Shown here piece by piece: positions 27,418-38,534 of a DNA stretch of 64,000 nucleotides (position 1 is its first letter; each line of letters begins with the position of its first letter). Below the pieces are notes generated by a model. It searched no databases, had not been told where the DNA came from, and was given only the letters and a program-made list of their open reading frames with translations. Origin of the DNA: Basidiobolus meristosporus CBS 931.73 (taxonomy: Eukaryota; Fungi; Basidiobolomycota); contig MCFE01000322.1 in NCBI GenBank assembly GCA_002104905.1, positions 31,379 through 95,378 on the forward strand, given 5' to 3'. The position numbers were made by a program, and so were the translations under genes.

Positions 27418-28440
27418 TTAAATATTTTTAATAATAGTGTCTGCTGGAGCACCGTTGTAGGTAATCTGATAAACGGCGTTGATGAAGGGGAATTCTTGGA
27501 TTTTCTCCTTGGTCAACAAATAGTCGTGAACCTTCTGAATTGTAATAGGTCCCTGAAGCTTTTGTCCGTTCAACATCTCGTTCTCAAGCACATCGAACGG
27601 TTTGCCGGTTCTGACAAACGCCTCACCGAGCATACGATTGCGTCCAGCATAATAGAGGGTGATCATCTCCGCAACACCACAGCTTTCGTAGAAAGTTTCC
27701 TTCTGCACCTCGGGATAGAACGTTTTGGCGAACTTGATGATCTCCATCAGTCCAATACGCACAACAGCAGCCTTGGTGTTGCCGCCTAGGTCGAGTCCGT
27801 CCACGATACCGGCGGCAATACCCAGAATATGCTTCAAGGCACCACAAATCTCCACACCGATGATATCGTTGACGATGGTTACTTTCAGGTAGGACGTGCT
27901 GAAGAGCTTCTTGAAAAGCTTCCCGTGCTTCTTCACCAGCGTGCCGATGGTGGTTTCGCAGAAGTTTTCCGAAGCTACCTCAGAGGCCACGTTAGCGCCG
28001 GACATGACGCTGACTTCAATATCCAAAAGCTCGTGGATAATCTCCGAGAAAAAGCGAATGCTGCTGTGAGAAGAGTCGAGGCCCTTGATCAGCGAAATAG
28101 CTCTAGCGTCAGGACGAATCTGACCGACCATTCGGCGGAGAACTTCCTTCAGAAATTGAGGCGGAATAACGAACACAAACACAGTGGCATCTTTGATGCA
28201 TTCAGTGAGGTTGGAGTTGGCAACAATATTCTCGGGAAGCTTCACGCCTGGAAGATACTTCACGTTCTCATGCTTGGTGTTGATGATGTCGGTCAGACTC
28301 TCGCCGTTGATGAACTCTTCATGGACCCACATGTTTACTTTGTCATCGAATTCGTCATACTTGGTAACATTGGTACCAATGATCTTGGCTGCGGTGGAAC
28401 CCCAATTTCCAGAACCGATTATACAAACTTTCTCAGTCAT
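27418..28440 (-). CDS. GPD1: NAD-dependent glycerol-3-phosphate dehydrogenase (intronless)
   Basis: KVCIIGSGNWGS, NTKHENVKYLPG, SLIKG, MSGANVA, GVEICGALK, GLDLGGNTKAA and GRNR. The first ATG is at 28440. Confidence 0.92.
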   Translation of the reverse strand: MTEKVCIIGSGNWGSTAAKIIGTNVTKYDEFDDKVNMWVHEEFINGESLTDIINTKHENVKYLPGVKLPENIVANSNLTECIKDATVFVFVIPPQFLKEVLRRMVGQIRPDARAISLIKGLDSSHSSIRFFSEIIHELLDIEVSVMSGANVASEVASENFCETTIGTLVKKHGKLFKKLFSTSYLKVTIVNDIIGVEICGALKHILGIAAGIVDGLDLGGNTKAAVVRIGLMEIIKFAKTFYPEVQKETFYESCGVAEMITLYYAGRNRMLGEAFVRTGKPFDVLENEMLNGQKLQGPITIQKVHDYLLTKEKIQEFPFINAVYQITYNGAPADTIIKNI

Positions 28441-30013
28441 GAACAAAAATCAAGAGATTAATAAGAAATATAACGAGAGTGTAGAGGCGAGGTCGTGGAA
28501 GCATCCTTTATATAGCCACAGTAATCTTGGTAAATTGGCATTTTTTAAAACATCCCTATCCACTCTAGAACATCGATGAGATAGCACCAGGTGCATCAAA
28601 TCGGGAATCATGTATACTATTCGCCTTCTCTACGTCATCATCATCACCAACGAGGTTGTTCAATCCCAATCACAATCATTAAGGCTGGAGAATTGGGCAA
28701 ATATAAGGGCCTTTTGGGTGAGAAAACATCGATTATTCAGGGATTCTGGCTGACACCAGACGTCCCAAAACGTCAGACAGACAATTAGAAGATATCGCAT
28801 TTGAGGGTCGATCATTGGCCAGGGCTACTTTGTCTAGGCATGAGGATGGAAATCACCTGCGAGAAGCCTCTAGACTGTCAACTTAGCACTAGCTGGGCCT
28901 TGATTATCTAGGAAATCAATATCCTTATACCAAGTCTGAAAAACCTTAATAGCAAGGAGCTGGATGGACTCGTTCGTGCTTCCAATGGTTATTGTGAACA
29001 TAAAACAATCACTGCTGCAAGCGCGATGGAAAGTCCACCGGCCTATCGGTAGGACCTAGATCTCCAATACAAATTACTACTGATGACAGGTGATTATTCT
29101 ATCGACCTTCTGATTACGAATGACTGCATTCAGAGTCTAAAATCGTTAAGCAATCGCCAATCGCAATCATGAAGCTATTGGTCCCCACCAATCGAGGCAT
29201 CACGGTTTTTGACTAAAGATCAGTAAACAGAGCGCACTGTATCAAACATTGGCCAAGGCCCACTCGGCAATACTGGTTTCTGTAGCAGACATGAGATTAT
29301 CAGCATGTCTTGACAATATTCGAGCGCGTAAGCGGGAACGGCGCCATCCACGCATGGTTCGGTCAAACAAGCTTCCATAAAGGCTTGCAATCTTGGAAGG
29401 ATCCAAGGGGCATACGAAACCATGTGAGTGCTTTTCTAGCTGAGCGATGGCAAGAGATAGCAAAAATCCACCATTTAGACCAGAGATTGAGCGCTATCGA
29501 ACTTCGGTAAATTCGTGATTGCTACAATTCGACCGATCCCATAAATGGCTACCCGTCCAGCATTGCACTGTGTGATTACATTCCGTGATGCCATTGCGTA
29601 AGGCCATGTAATATCCCACGTATCGATCACTTCCTAACCGTTCAAGTGGTATTCATGCAAATCGACAGAATCAATCCATTTCCAAAACTACGCGGAATCT
29701 TGTTTCTACCTCAGCTGCCCTACCTTTCAAGACCCCAATTATAGATACACTAGCCTCGGATATTTGGAACCCCAGATCACACGACCTACCTGATGGGTGG
29801 CGGCTATGGCGTAATTTGGAAGTCAGTTTACATTTATTTAGAATCTTAACGATGATACATTTGAAGTCAGAGAGGTACAGATTAAAACGAAGCGTTTAAA
29901 ATTCTCTTATGAACATAGTGATTCTTGCGGATGAATCAGCAAGACATTGATCAGGCTGTAGTATTAAAAGTTCGGGCCGCGTGTAGAAGACTCTGGAGAC
30001 GTGAGTTAGGGAG

Positions 30014-30802
30014 CTATTTAGTATTAGACATACAGGATGTTGCTTCCCACTCTCTAGGCTCGTCATCAACGATGGCGGTTGAAGTGGGGTTTTCTCTATA
30101 GCGATCCTTGCCACACTCCCAGTACCAGTCGTTGCCCCGGAGAATGGCGTATTTGTATTGGATACTAGTCAACTCCCTCTGAGCGACTTCATTGACCCCA
30201 ACGGAAGCCTCATACACAGAATCTACAGCAGTAAGCTCTAGAGCCGAAGCAAGAGTCCAATCCCCTAGTAAAACGTGTCCACCGCAAATAAAGACTCTAT
30301 CCCCGCTTTCTAAAGATACGCCCTTCAACCTGAAAGTCAAAACTTTCATGTTACGAACGGCCGATCGAACAATGTATTCTATGGTGCGAGAATAATCCAA
30401 GCCATCGCTGTTTTTCAAGTCAGACAGGCGTTCGCCAATAACCTCGAGGAACTGCTTGTTTTCATCGAGCTGACGCTTATACGAAGCTATCAATACTTCG
30501 CTGTCTTCGAGGCGTTGCTTGTTGGCGGCAATCGAGGATTCGCTTTCTTCTAGGCGACCTTTAAAGGAGGCGACCGAGGTTTTGAGGTTGCTGATTTCTT
30601 GCGCTTGCTCGCGAATACTCTTTTGGTAATCGTGCTCAACGGTTTTAAGTCGGTTGTTTTCTGCTTTGAGCTGCTGCAACTCCTTCTTAATTTGATCGAT
30701 TTCGGTTCGAGTCTCGGTTAGTTGGGACACATCTGGCGGAAGGTGCAGAGTTTTGAGACCGTTCCAAGCGTTTGTGAAGAGATAGTAGATTCCGTTAAGC
30801 AT
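30014..30802 (-). CDS. Coiled-coil protein with C-terminal CBM20 starch/glycogen-binding domain
   Basis: Heptad-rich residues about 30-130, followed by VLTFRL...GDRVFICGGHVLLGDW...IQYKYAIL...WECGKDR, matching the CBM20 pattern. Confidence 0.75.
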   Translation of the reverse strand: MLNGIYYLFTNAWNGLKTLHLPPDVSQLTETRTEIDQIKKELQQLKAENNRLKTVEHDYQKSIREQAQEISNLKTSVASFKGRLEESESSIAANKQRLEDSEVLIASYKRQLDENKQFLEVIGERLSDLKNSDGLDYSRTIEYIVRSAVRNMKVLTFRLKGVSLESGDRVFICGGHVLLGDWTLASALELTAVDSVYEASVGVNEVAQRELTSIQYKYAILRGNDWYWECGKDRYRENPTSTAIVDDEPREWEATSCMSNTK

Positions 30803-33800
30803 TAGAGTGTTTTAAGGTGATATATCCTTATATCATTCTCGCCGTAGAGCTGCAAAGTTTGAATTCGAAACGCTCACAGTGGTTAATATATGGATTTTGC
30901 TACACTCGGCATTCTTTATAAATTAATATATCACCCGCATTGCTGCAACGAATCTGGATCCGGTCCTTTGTAACTTGAAAGGCATAGGTGTAAGGAATGG
31001 GAAAGCGGCCAAAAAAGGAAACGCCACCCCACTGATCCTGCCTCCTAGTGATGTGGGTCATTGTTGTTCTGTTTTGGAGGGGATGATGAAAGGGAAATTC
31101 ACACAAAGAAATGAAGCCATTAACGATCTACGAAGTGCTCCTGAAATTAATAATGCTTGTGAATATTCCATTTCATTGCTATCTACATCATCACGTCTAA
31201 ATCTGCCTTGACGCGTATCCAAACCGAAGTCCGCATACCATCTGCTATCGATATCATCGTCACACATCATTTCTTGATGGATTTGGGATGAGCCGATATA
31301 TGAGATACTGAAATTACATTTACCCACCGCTTCCCAGAGGACAGCAATGGCTCTGCTGCTTCCAATAGCCATTTTTGAATGGCGAAATAAGCCCACACTC
31401 TGATTCAGCGGAGGGAATGGCGGATCTGTCAGATGCTTAGATAAGTGGCTAAAACCTAATATATCGATTAAGTGATGCTCAGGTATGCCGCACAATGCTC
31501 CAGGTTGCAAGCATCAGCCTCCCATTGATGATATCTCAGTATGATTGAACAAGAAACCCTCGTTTCAATTACTGATGGTCTTGGTGCCACACATTTAGCA
31601 ATTGCTGAGTTCCAGTGGAATCCCCGATTTGAAGATGATTTATGCAATAGTCCAGTTTCATCCAGTACAGGGCACAGTTAAGATTCCAAGGGATGGAGGT
31701 TGGCTATTGGATGGACTCTCTTCCTTGCCACGCGTAGGTCGGGTTTATACGTCGCATGATAGATGTAAGGATGGAGTGTTTGCTGAATAGAGTAAAATGC
31801 TGTTGTCGATCTTTGCGGCCGAGTGCGCCTTCTAATTGGCCCCTAGAATAGCAGTGATTGGATATTGGTTGATGGAAGTCATGCAGTTCATCGCAGACGT
31901 GACTTGGGGTATTTCCAAATGTCAAAGTTAGATTGCGTCCTTTTTTTGGTCGAGTGGGTGGTTCAGATGAATGTGTATATATCAATGTAGATGTGATGTC
32001 GAGTTACGCAGATCAATATCTAGTAGGCTGGATACAGAGCACAGGGTAGGATGGTGCTTGATGTTGCGGGATACCAATGGGTGTTGTCAATCGCCATATC
32101 AATCACCGGGTTGAGCGCTCGTAAGGTCCCTCTTTGGTATTTCAATGCGCTTCCGGTAATCAATCGGATGCTCGAAATCCACCCAATTGCTTCTTGAAAT
32201 GGGGGATACAGAGATCAGATACTGAAAGAGAGATATCGTTACGTCAGTATATGATCTTTATGCTACACCGGACCTCAAATAAACGTGCACTCAATCTGTG
32301 TTGGCAAGGTGATATGTGGCAAGCGCTTTGGCATCACTTGGCAAGTCAAGTCACTGGTTTACCTCTATCACATTTCATGGGGGGTACTATCACCCTTGGT
32401 GTGGAGAAAGCCGGATAGGAGATCGCAGCAACATTGCAGCACTTGCAGCTAATTTGGTTCATCATGGGGGTTTGACACCCCTTCATCGAGGACTGGTTGA
32501 GGTGAATCGTCAGATGAGACATGCATTGATGCAGGTCATCCGTGCTGACAGTTGACTGATTGAACGCACCAATGCAATGCAATACCAGTAGCCAAGCCAG
32601 GCTCAGGTGTGGTCACTCGACCCTATTAGCATACGTTTCGACCAATCGCGTTGTAGGACATGAAGTTTGAGCGAAGTGGCCGCCAGTGACTACCAAGGAG
32701 AGGCGAACAGGTTCCTACCCATATTTAACGGATCAAGGGCAATCCGGAATAAGGTACATGAAGCCCTCAATGGCTGGTGTTTTGATTAGACAGGGCATAA
32801 GCTTGATGGAATTCGATATAATTAGCTGGAGTGGTCTTCATGCACCATATCCTGAAATGTCACCTGGAGAAACAGGAATGGTTATGTATATGTAATGGAA
32901 CCCCCAACCGCGATAACACATCGGCGCCATTGCGTTGCAAAGTGTTCTTGATCTATTGAGTGTTTGAATTATTCCAATTCAAGAAAAATGCACAGTACAC
33001 CCCATGTTCGGTGTTGACTGGAGTGAAAGAGTATCGTACCAGATTGGGCAGATTTATTTTATTTGTGTATTAACCTTATCCTGAGAGATCTATGACCAAC
33101 AGTTGTCTGATTCCAGGTAGGGGGATTCCAGAACATTGTTCCTATTATCAGCAATCATCGGCATAAAACATATTGGTTTAAGTTTCCTTACCACCAGGCT
33201 TTTATTGGATATAGGTATTTCCTACGCTCTCGACTCTTGCACCGATATGATTGACCACTATACTAGTGGTAAGAGTCATATTCGGATCTAGTCAAGTGTT
33301 CCTTGTAACCAGTATTTCTAGAAGAGTGATCCAAAACCCCGATACCACTGTGAACCTAGCCACTGCTGCATTTTAATGGATTTTTCGAACGAGAACTGCA
33401 GTAGTCCATCATGACCCTAATCTTGCTGAGTGCAACACGAGGATCATGCTTATCGACTTTCAACCCTTTCACCTAAATACCACCGAGACTTGAACAAGCT
33501 TATTCCATCTTCGAGCAACTACTTTTGGTTCGTTTCGGTGCATGATATGGGTATCAAGGTTTGTTTCTTGGGCGAGATATGTGGTTCAGCCACACTAAGC
33601 CCACAAGAGCATGCGCATGGAACTTGGAGTGGCAGATACCACAAATGTATGCATTAGCCGTATTTCAGTATACTATTCAAGCCACTACGCAATCTAGTCA
33701 ATCGATAGCGGGTGCACTTCATATCGCTGGGACGTAACTCTGCCGATAAGGCTAGCAAGCTATCGTTTCCAGCAAGAACGCAACTCATGATCTAGTCTCT

Positions 33801-34895
33801 GTAACATGTAGATCAGATGGCCGTGTTGAACAAGCCAAAAATCCATGGCTCAATCTAGGCTCAGTGAGGGAAATATTTGTCTGGACTGGGCATATTAATT
33901 TGTATATACTATATCAGGCCTAGTTGACTAAGCATACTCCCAGATTTTCCGCCGAGTGAAAGTGCATTGGCGACTGTCCTAAAAATAAGGTCTAGTATGC
34001 CGCTATGATTCTGGATAGGGATCGCCCGTTTATTAGTTGCTAATACGTAAGCCTAGCCTGAAGAGCTGCACCAGGTTCTAGGCTTGGCTATTCACTCTTA
34101 GTTGGTAGACAGACGACTCAAAAACGAGTGTCCTATATCTCACTTTGGGCTGTACTATTGTAGTGTTTTTTCGATGCAGTAGGCGCGCGATATTAATTGT
34201 GAGATGCAGATATGCATATATGTCTTAGTTACTCACTTGGTGTTATAACCGAATTCGACACTAAGAGACCCACCTTCAAGGGGTGGTTTAACACATTGCC
34301 CTCACAGGGCTGAAACCTAACTGCTCTCCATGTGGGGGGCACGCTATCGAATTCTTGCGATTTACAACATGTTGGGTGCTTATCCGTAGGTTATCTTAGC
34401 GCTCAACACCAGAACTTCAGCATCTCGCAGTTCTTTGGGGCCACCATTTAATAGCTAATGCTGAATAAAACAGATCGAAACGAGCAGATCCAGTCTCCTG
34501 AGCCAGATTAAAAAGGTCAAGTTTAACCCATGAAGACATTCATCAGTCTCCTGAGACGTTCTCCGTAAGTGGCCAACTATTGTACTCAACCGAATCATGG
34601 GGGTATGGAGGTTTGATACAAGCGAAAACAAATCTGTCTAATGATAGTAGTTGCCTTACGTCCATATACCTGATCTAAATCAAAATCGACGACTACTCCG
34701 TGGATTGGCACTGCCGTGGTTTTAGTTTTATTCGGGCAAACGGATTTCAGCTCGCCCTCCCTCGAATTTTAGACAATTTGAGAAATCCGCCCTAGGAGAG
34801 CACCGGTACCTGCGCATCATAGGCTATGGTGCAATCTCTTACCGGAAATAATATATAACTGCGCTACCATTCGAAGAACTCCCTCGATTTTTACA

Positions 34896-36299
34896 ATGCT
34901 CCTTCGATCGGCAGCTGGGATTCCTGCAGTTGTCTTTACTACATATGCCATCTACCTGCTGTCAGTGTTGAGCACCTCGTACTATTTTTGGAATTACCGT
35001 AATCATCCCGGCATTAGATCACGAAGTATTCAGTTGACATTTATTGGTGTGGTGGCCAGTTTCTTTCTCTCCAGTGTCTACCTTGTTGGTCCCCTCACAC
35101 AATTCCTACCATGCTTTATCACACTATGGTGTGGATCCGTCCTGACCCCAATTGTTTTGCTTACGACGGTCGGCAAGTTTCTGAGGGTTGCCTTTCTTTA
35201 CCGGACCTCTCTAAGCAAGCTCAAAGCCGAACGACAACGGCTTGAAGAGCAAAAGGAGAGACACAAGGTTTCCTCCGTTTCCTCGCAAAGGGACGAAATT
35301 TTCGAACCGTCCGACATTTTGCTTGATATCGACTCTTTCACGAACACGAAAGAAGCCATCCCCACCGAGGTTAACAATTCATGGTTACACCAGAACTCGT
35401 ATATCTTTGAGGACCGATTCTTGATTCGAATCCTTGGTGGCTTCACGATATTCCATATACTTGTGACGGTTGTGATTCAATGCCTGACCCAAGACTACAG
35501 TTTCTCGGCTCCCTTGAGAGATGACTGCCTCTCCGGTTGGGAATACTTCCCAGTTTACGTGGCTGGATCCTGTGAGATCTTCGTTCTGGGTCCCATCGTG
35601 ATCCAGTATATTCGCGGGGTTACAGACGCCTATAACATTGTGAAAGAATTGGTTGCTCTGGTTTTAACAACAGGAGTTGGGATGTGTATATATCTTATTT
35701 TCGCATACATACCGCCAGTCTATGACGTTCGGTTCACTGTTCCGGTGGGGGTTTGGGGATTTGTTACCCTATGGAACATCCATTTGTTGAACTGTGGGCT
35801 TCCGCTGATGGAAATCTACATCACTAATCGGCGCTCGAAGAACCTTCCTCGTGATCGGAAACATCCGTCTTTTGAAGAGGTTCTTGATCATCCGGTTTTG
35901 TTCGAGAAATTCAAAGCCTTCTCGGTAAAGGACTTCAGTGTGGAGAATACCCTATTCTATGAGCGCTATGTGCGCTTAAAGACCACTCCCTCTTTTCTAG
36001 TCAAAAATTTCCTTACCAGAGGGCTACCAAATGAAATTCAAAACGAACTCCTGACCATCTACAACACATTTATTCGGGAAGACTCGGAGTACCAAGTGAA
36101 CCTTAGGGGGGAAACTTTACGTGAACTAGACAACCGCATACAAGAAAAAGACCTATCAATCTGTATGTTCGAAACAGCCTTAACGGAGGTGAAGCTGTTA
36201 ATGTACCAACATACATTCAAGCGATACCTGCAACAAGAATTCCAAACCATTGGAGGATTGGGTAATCATGGATACGCTTCCCACGAAATCATTCCATAA
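34896..36299 (+). CDS. Seven-transmembrane protein fused to an RGS domain
   Basis: About seven hydrophobic segments, then FEEVLDHPVLFEKFKAFSVKDFSVENTLFY...IYNTFI...YQVNL, the RGS signature. Confidence 0.88.
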   Translation: MLLRSAAGIPAVVFTTYAIYLLSVLSTSYYFWNYRNHPGIRSRSIQLTFIGVVASFFLSSVYLVGPLTQFLPCFITLWCGSVLTPIVLLTTVGKFLRVAFLYRTSLSKLKAERQRLEEQKERHKVSSVSSQRDEIFEPSDILLDIDSFTNTKEAIPTEVNNSWLHQNSYIFEDRFLIRILGGFTIFHILVTVVIQCLTQDYSFSAPLRDDCLSGWEYFPVYVAGSCEIFVLGPIVIQYIRGVTDAYNIVKELVALVLTTGVGMCIYLIFAYIPPVYDVRFTVPVGVWGFVTLWNIHLLNCGLPLMEIYITNRRSKNLPRDRKHPSFEEVLDHPVLFEKFKAFSVKDFSVENTLFYERYVRLKTTPSFLVKNFLTRGLPNEIQNELLTIYNTFIREDSEYQVNLRGETLRELDNRIQEKDLSICMFETALTEVKLLMYQHTFKRYLQQEFQTIGGLGNHGYASHEIIP

Positions 36300-36769
36300 G
36301 CTCCAAGCACATACTTCAGACAATGCCCGAAAAGACTTGGCCGAGTTATCTAACGGCTTGGTATTCAGGTAGTTGTTGATCCAGGATTCTTGCAGAGCAA
36401 TATTAACGGCCATTTTACTTGCGTCTGATCAGCACCTGCGTGCCGCTAAACTCTGGATCAACTTTCGCCTACGTTTATACTCAAGGATATTCATTCATTT
36501 TGATACCATTCTTCATGCCATCTTGCAACCTACGGTGTAGCGTTTTGAACTCATCCATAATAATCAGCGATATCAGCAACTCGGGGGATTGTTGGCTGAT
36601 CTCGTAGCGAGCCAACCTTCGATATTTGATATCACCACCAAAGCCCTTCAGGCTCATAGTATGCGTAAAAAGCTAAGGACCCATGTAAATATCATTTATT
36701 TCGAACTCATGTCCCGGCTACCATTATGTAGCCCGGTTAGCTTAGTAAAGTTACGTTAGAGACGGATCT

Positions 36770-37570
36770 TCATTCCGTGTACAATTGCTCATCAATCAGG
36801 AATTGTGCAATCCTTGGTATAACTATTGTCTCTAATGCAGCTCGATCAGCCTTTTCCTTGACTAAAAGCCGTACCTTGGTTGATGACATATCTGCTATTT
36901 CCTCCTTCAGCTTGATGTGATAAATGTGATCGCTAAAATGCTTCACCGTCCCTGAGGCATAGAATTCCTCAATAGCCTTCTGATCGAATCCAGATCGGTT
37001 AGCACACACGATTCCTCCAGCATCAAAGATTGGCGTAAGTGCTTCAGTAAGCGGAGCTTTATAATACTTCTGATTGAAGATACGGATTACCGTGTCAAAC
37101 CCGGTGATGAAGTAGAATCGGCTATTGAGTGTAGGAAAGGCCTCTTGCAAGGCTGAAATTTTTTCCGCAAAGAGTCCTCTATTGACCACACCAACTGCGA
37201 CATTGCTTGAGCCAGGACTCTGGCCGGTCTCTTGCAGATGTGTCGCTAATATATGCATCATTTCGAGTCTTTGCTCAAGCGTAGCACCGCTAAGCGTCTT
37301 ATCTGCATTGCTCGTAGCGATCAAGAGTAAACAAGCGTCAAATCCTGGCCTCAAATTTAAAGATTCATAAATAAGCTGAAGATGTGCTCTCGTAGGTGGA
37401 TTGAATGACGAATCGAAAACTACGATTCGTCCTTCTTCCTCTGGTAACCAATTGTTCCTGCTCCTGTAGGTTAGTTTGAAGCGAGAGGCACTCTCCTTTG
37501 AGAGCTCTTTCAAGATCTCAGCTACTTTGTTGCGGGTGGTATAAAGTGCCATCTGTTTATTGATATCCAT
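36770..37570 (-). CDS. POF1: NMN adenylyltransferase-like cytidylyltransferase-fold protein (Pof1-like)
   Basis: FDSSFNPPTRAH, NADK, RLEMM, FITGFDTVIRIF and MSSTKVR motifs. Confidence 0.82.
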   Translation of the reverse strand: MDINKQMALYTTRNKVAEILKELSKESASRFKLTYRSRNNWLPEEEGRIVVFDSSFNPPTRAHLQLIYESLNLRPGFDACLLLIATSNADKTLSGATLEQRLEMMHILATHLQETGQSPGSSNVAVGVVNRGLFAEKISALQEAFPTLNSRFYFITGFDTVIRIFNQKYYKAPLTEALTPIFDAGGIVCANRSGFDQKAIEEFYASGTVKHFSDHIYHIKLKEEIADMSSTKVRLLVKEKADRAALETIVIPRIAQFLIDEQLYTE

Positions 37571-37943
37571 CCAAGCATGACAAGTATTCCAGGCGTATCA
37601 CATGACTTGGATCGTGGCATTACCAACCGACCTACGAAATATCACCTAGGTTAATCAAGAGCTACCACAATTTAGATAAAACGTGACCAGGTGCTTCTTG
37701 ACATCAAGTTGACCTAGGGGGAATACCAATCCGAGAGAACTCGGCAAACAGTACAGAGATGCTGCGTAGTGATGATAGTAAAATTTATCTGGCTCAGCTA
37801 ATGCACGAAGTAGTGCAAATGGAAAGCTCACAACACTCTCATTCTGGATCTATACATATCTCTTCTATGTCTATTTGTATGAGCAGGGGATATAGTGTAT
37901 GTGCATGAGTGCCAAGACTGGTGTTCTAAAAGCAGCCAAGAAA

Positions 37944-38534
37944 TCATTTGATAAAGGCAGTGGTCGAGGCAGCCGAAGTGTCGGAATACGAGGTTCTAAT
38001 GGAGTAGGCGGTCAGATCTTTGTCACATCTACTTCTTGGATCATCCAGCTTGGTTTTGTACAGCAACCGGTCTAGTATTTTCAATGTAATCATCACAAGA
38101 AGCCCACGATCTAATGAGTTGTCGCAGAAGTCAATGGTAAATGACTTGCGGCCACAGGACATTAGAGTGTTTACTTCGGCAACTAAGGAGCCGTCATGGA
38201 CGTAACATTGAGCAGTTGATTCATTCAGCACCCAGTAGTATTCCTGCTCATCAACAGAGAATTCACAACGCTCATTACTAGAAGCCCATTCCATCAATAC
38301 TGGACTTTGATCTCCAAGAGAATCTTCTAATCTAGTACAGGCTACGTTACTGGTGCTGCGCCAGGTGGTCACTTTCCCCTCAACCTTGACAAGGAGGTCC
38401 CTCCCAGTGTTGTCCATGTAGCGATGTTTGGTGTACAGTAACTCCTCGGTCGAAAAATCACGAATATCATAAGAGCCTCTGAACACCCCTTGTTTGACCA
38501 GAAGTACATTACAGGAGTTGGAAACGCTAGGCAT
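37944..38534 (-). CDS. Hypothetical beta-rich protein, possibly tubby-C/LURP-one-like
   Basis: Clean ORF from the ATG at 38534 with alternating beta-strand pattern and a terminal hydrophobic helix (DRGLLVMITLKI). The fold call is by eye only. Confidence 0.5.
   Translation of the reverse strand: MPSVSNSCNVLLVKQGVFRGSYDIRDFSTEELLYTKHRYMDNTGRDLLVKVEGKVTTWRSTSNVACTRLEDSLGDQSPVLMEWASSNERCEFSVDEQEYYWVLNESTAQCYVHDGSLVAEVNTLMSCGRKSFTIDFCDNSLDRGLLVMITLKILDRLLYKTKLDDPRSRCDKDLTAYSIRTSYSDTSAASTTAFIK

Noticed and set aside
27829-28461. 210-aa plus-strand ORF
   Set aside because: It is an antisense shadow of GPD1, expected from codon bias, with no independent motif.
31058-33000. Several 60-150 aa ORFs
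   Set aside because: No family motifs or consistent exon structure were found, so I cannot support a gene.
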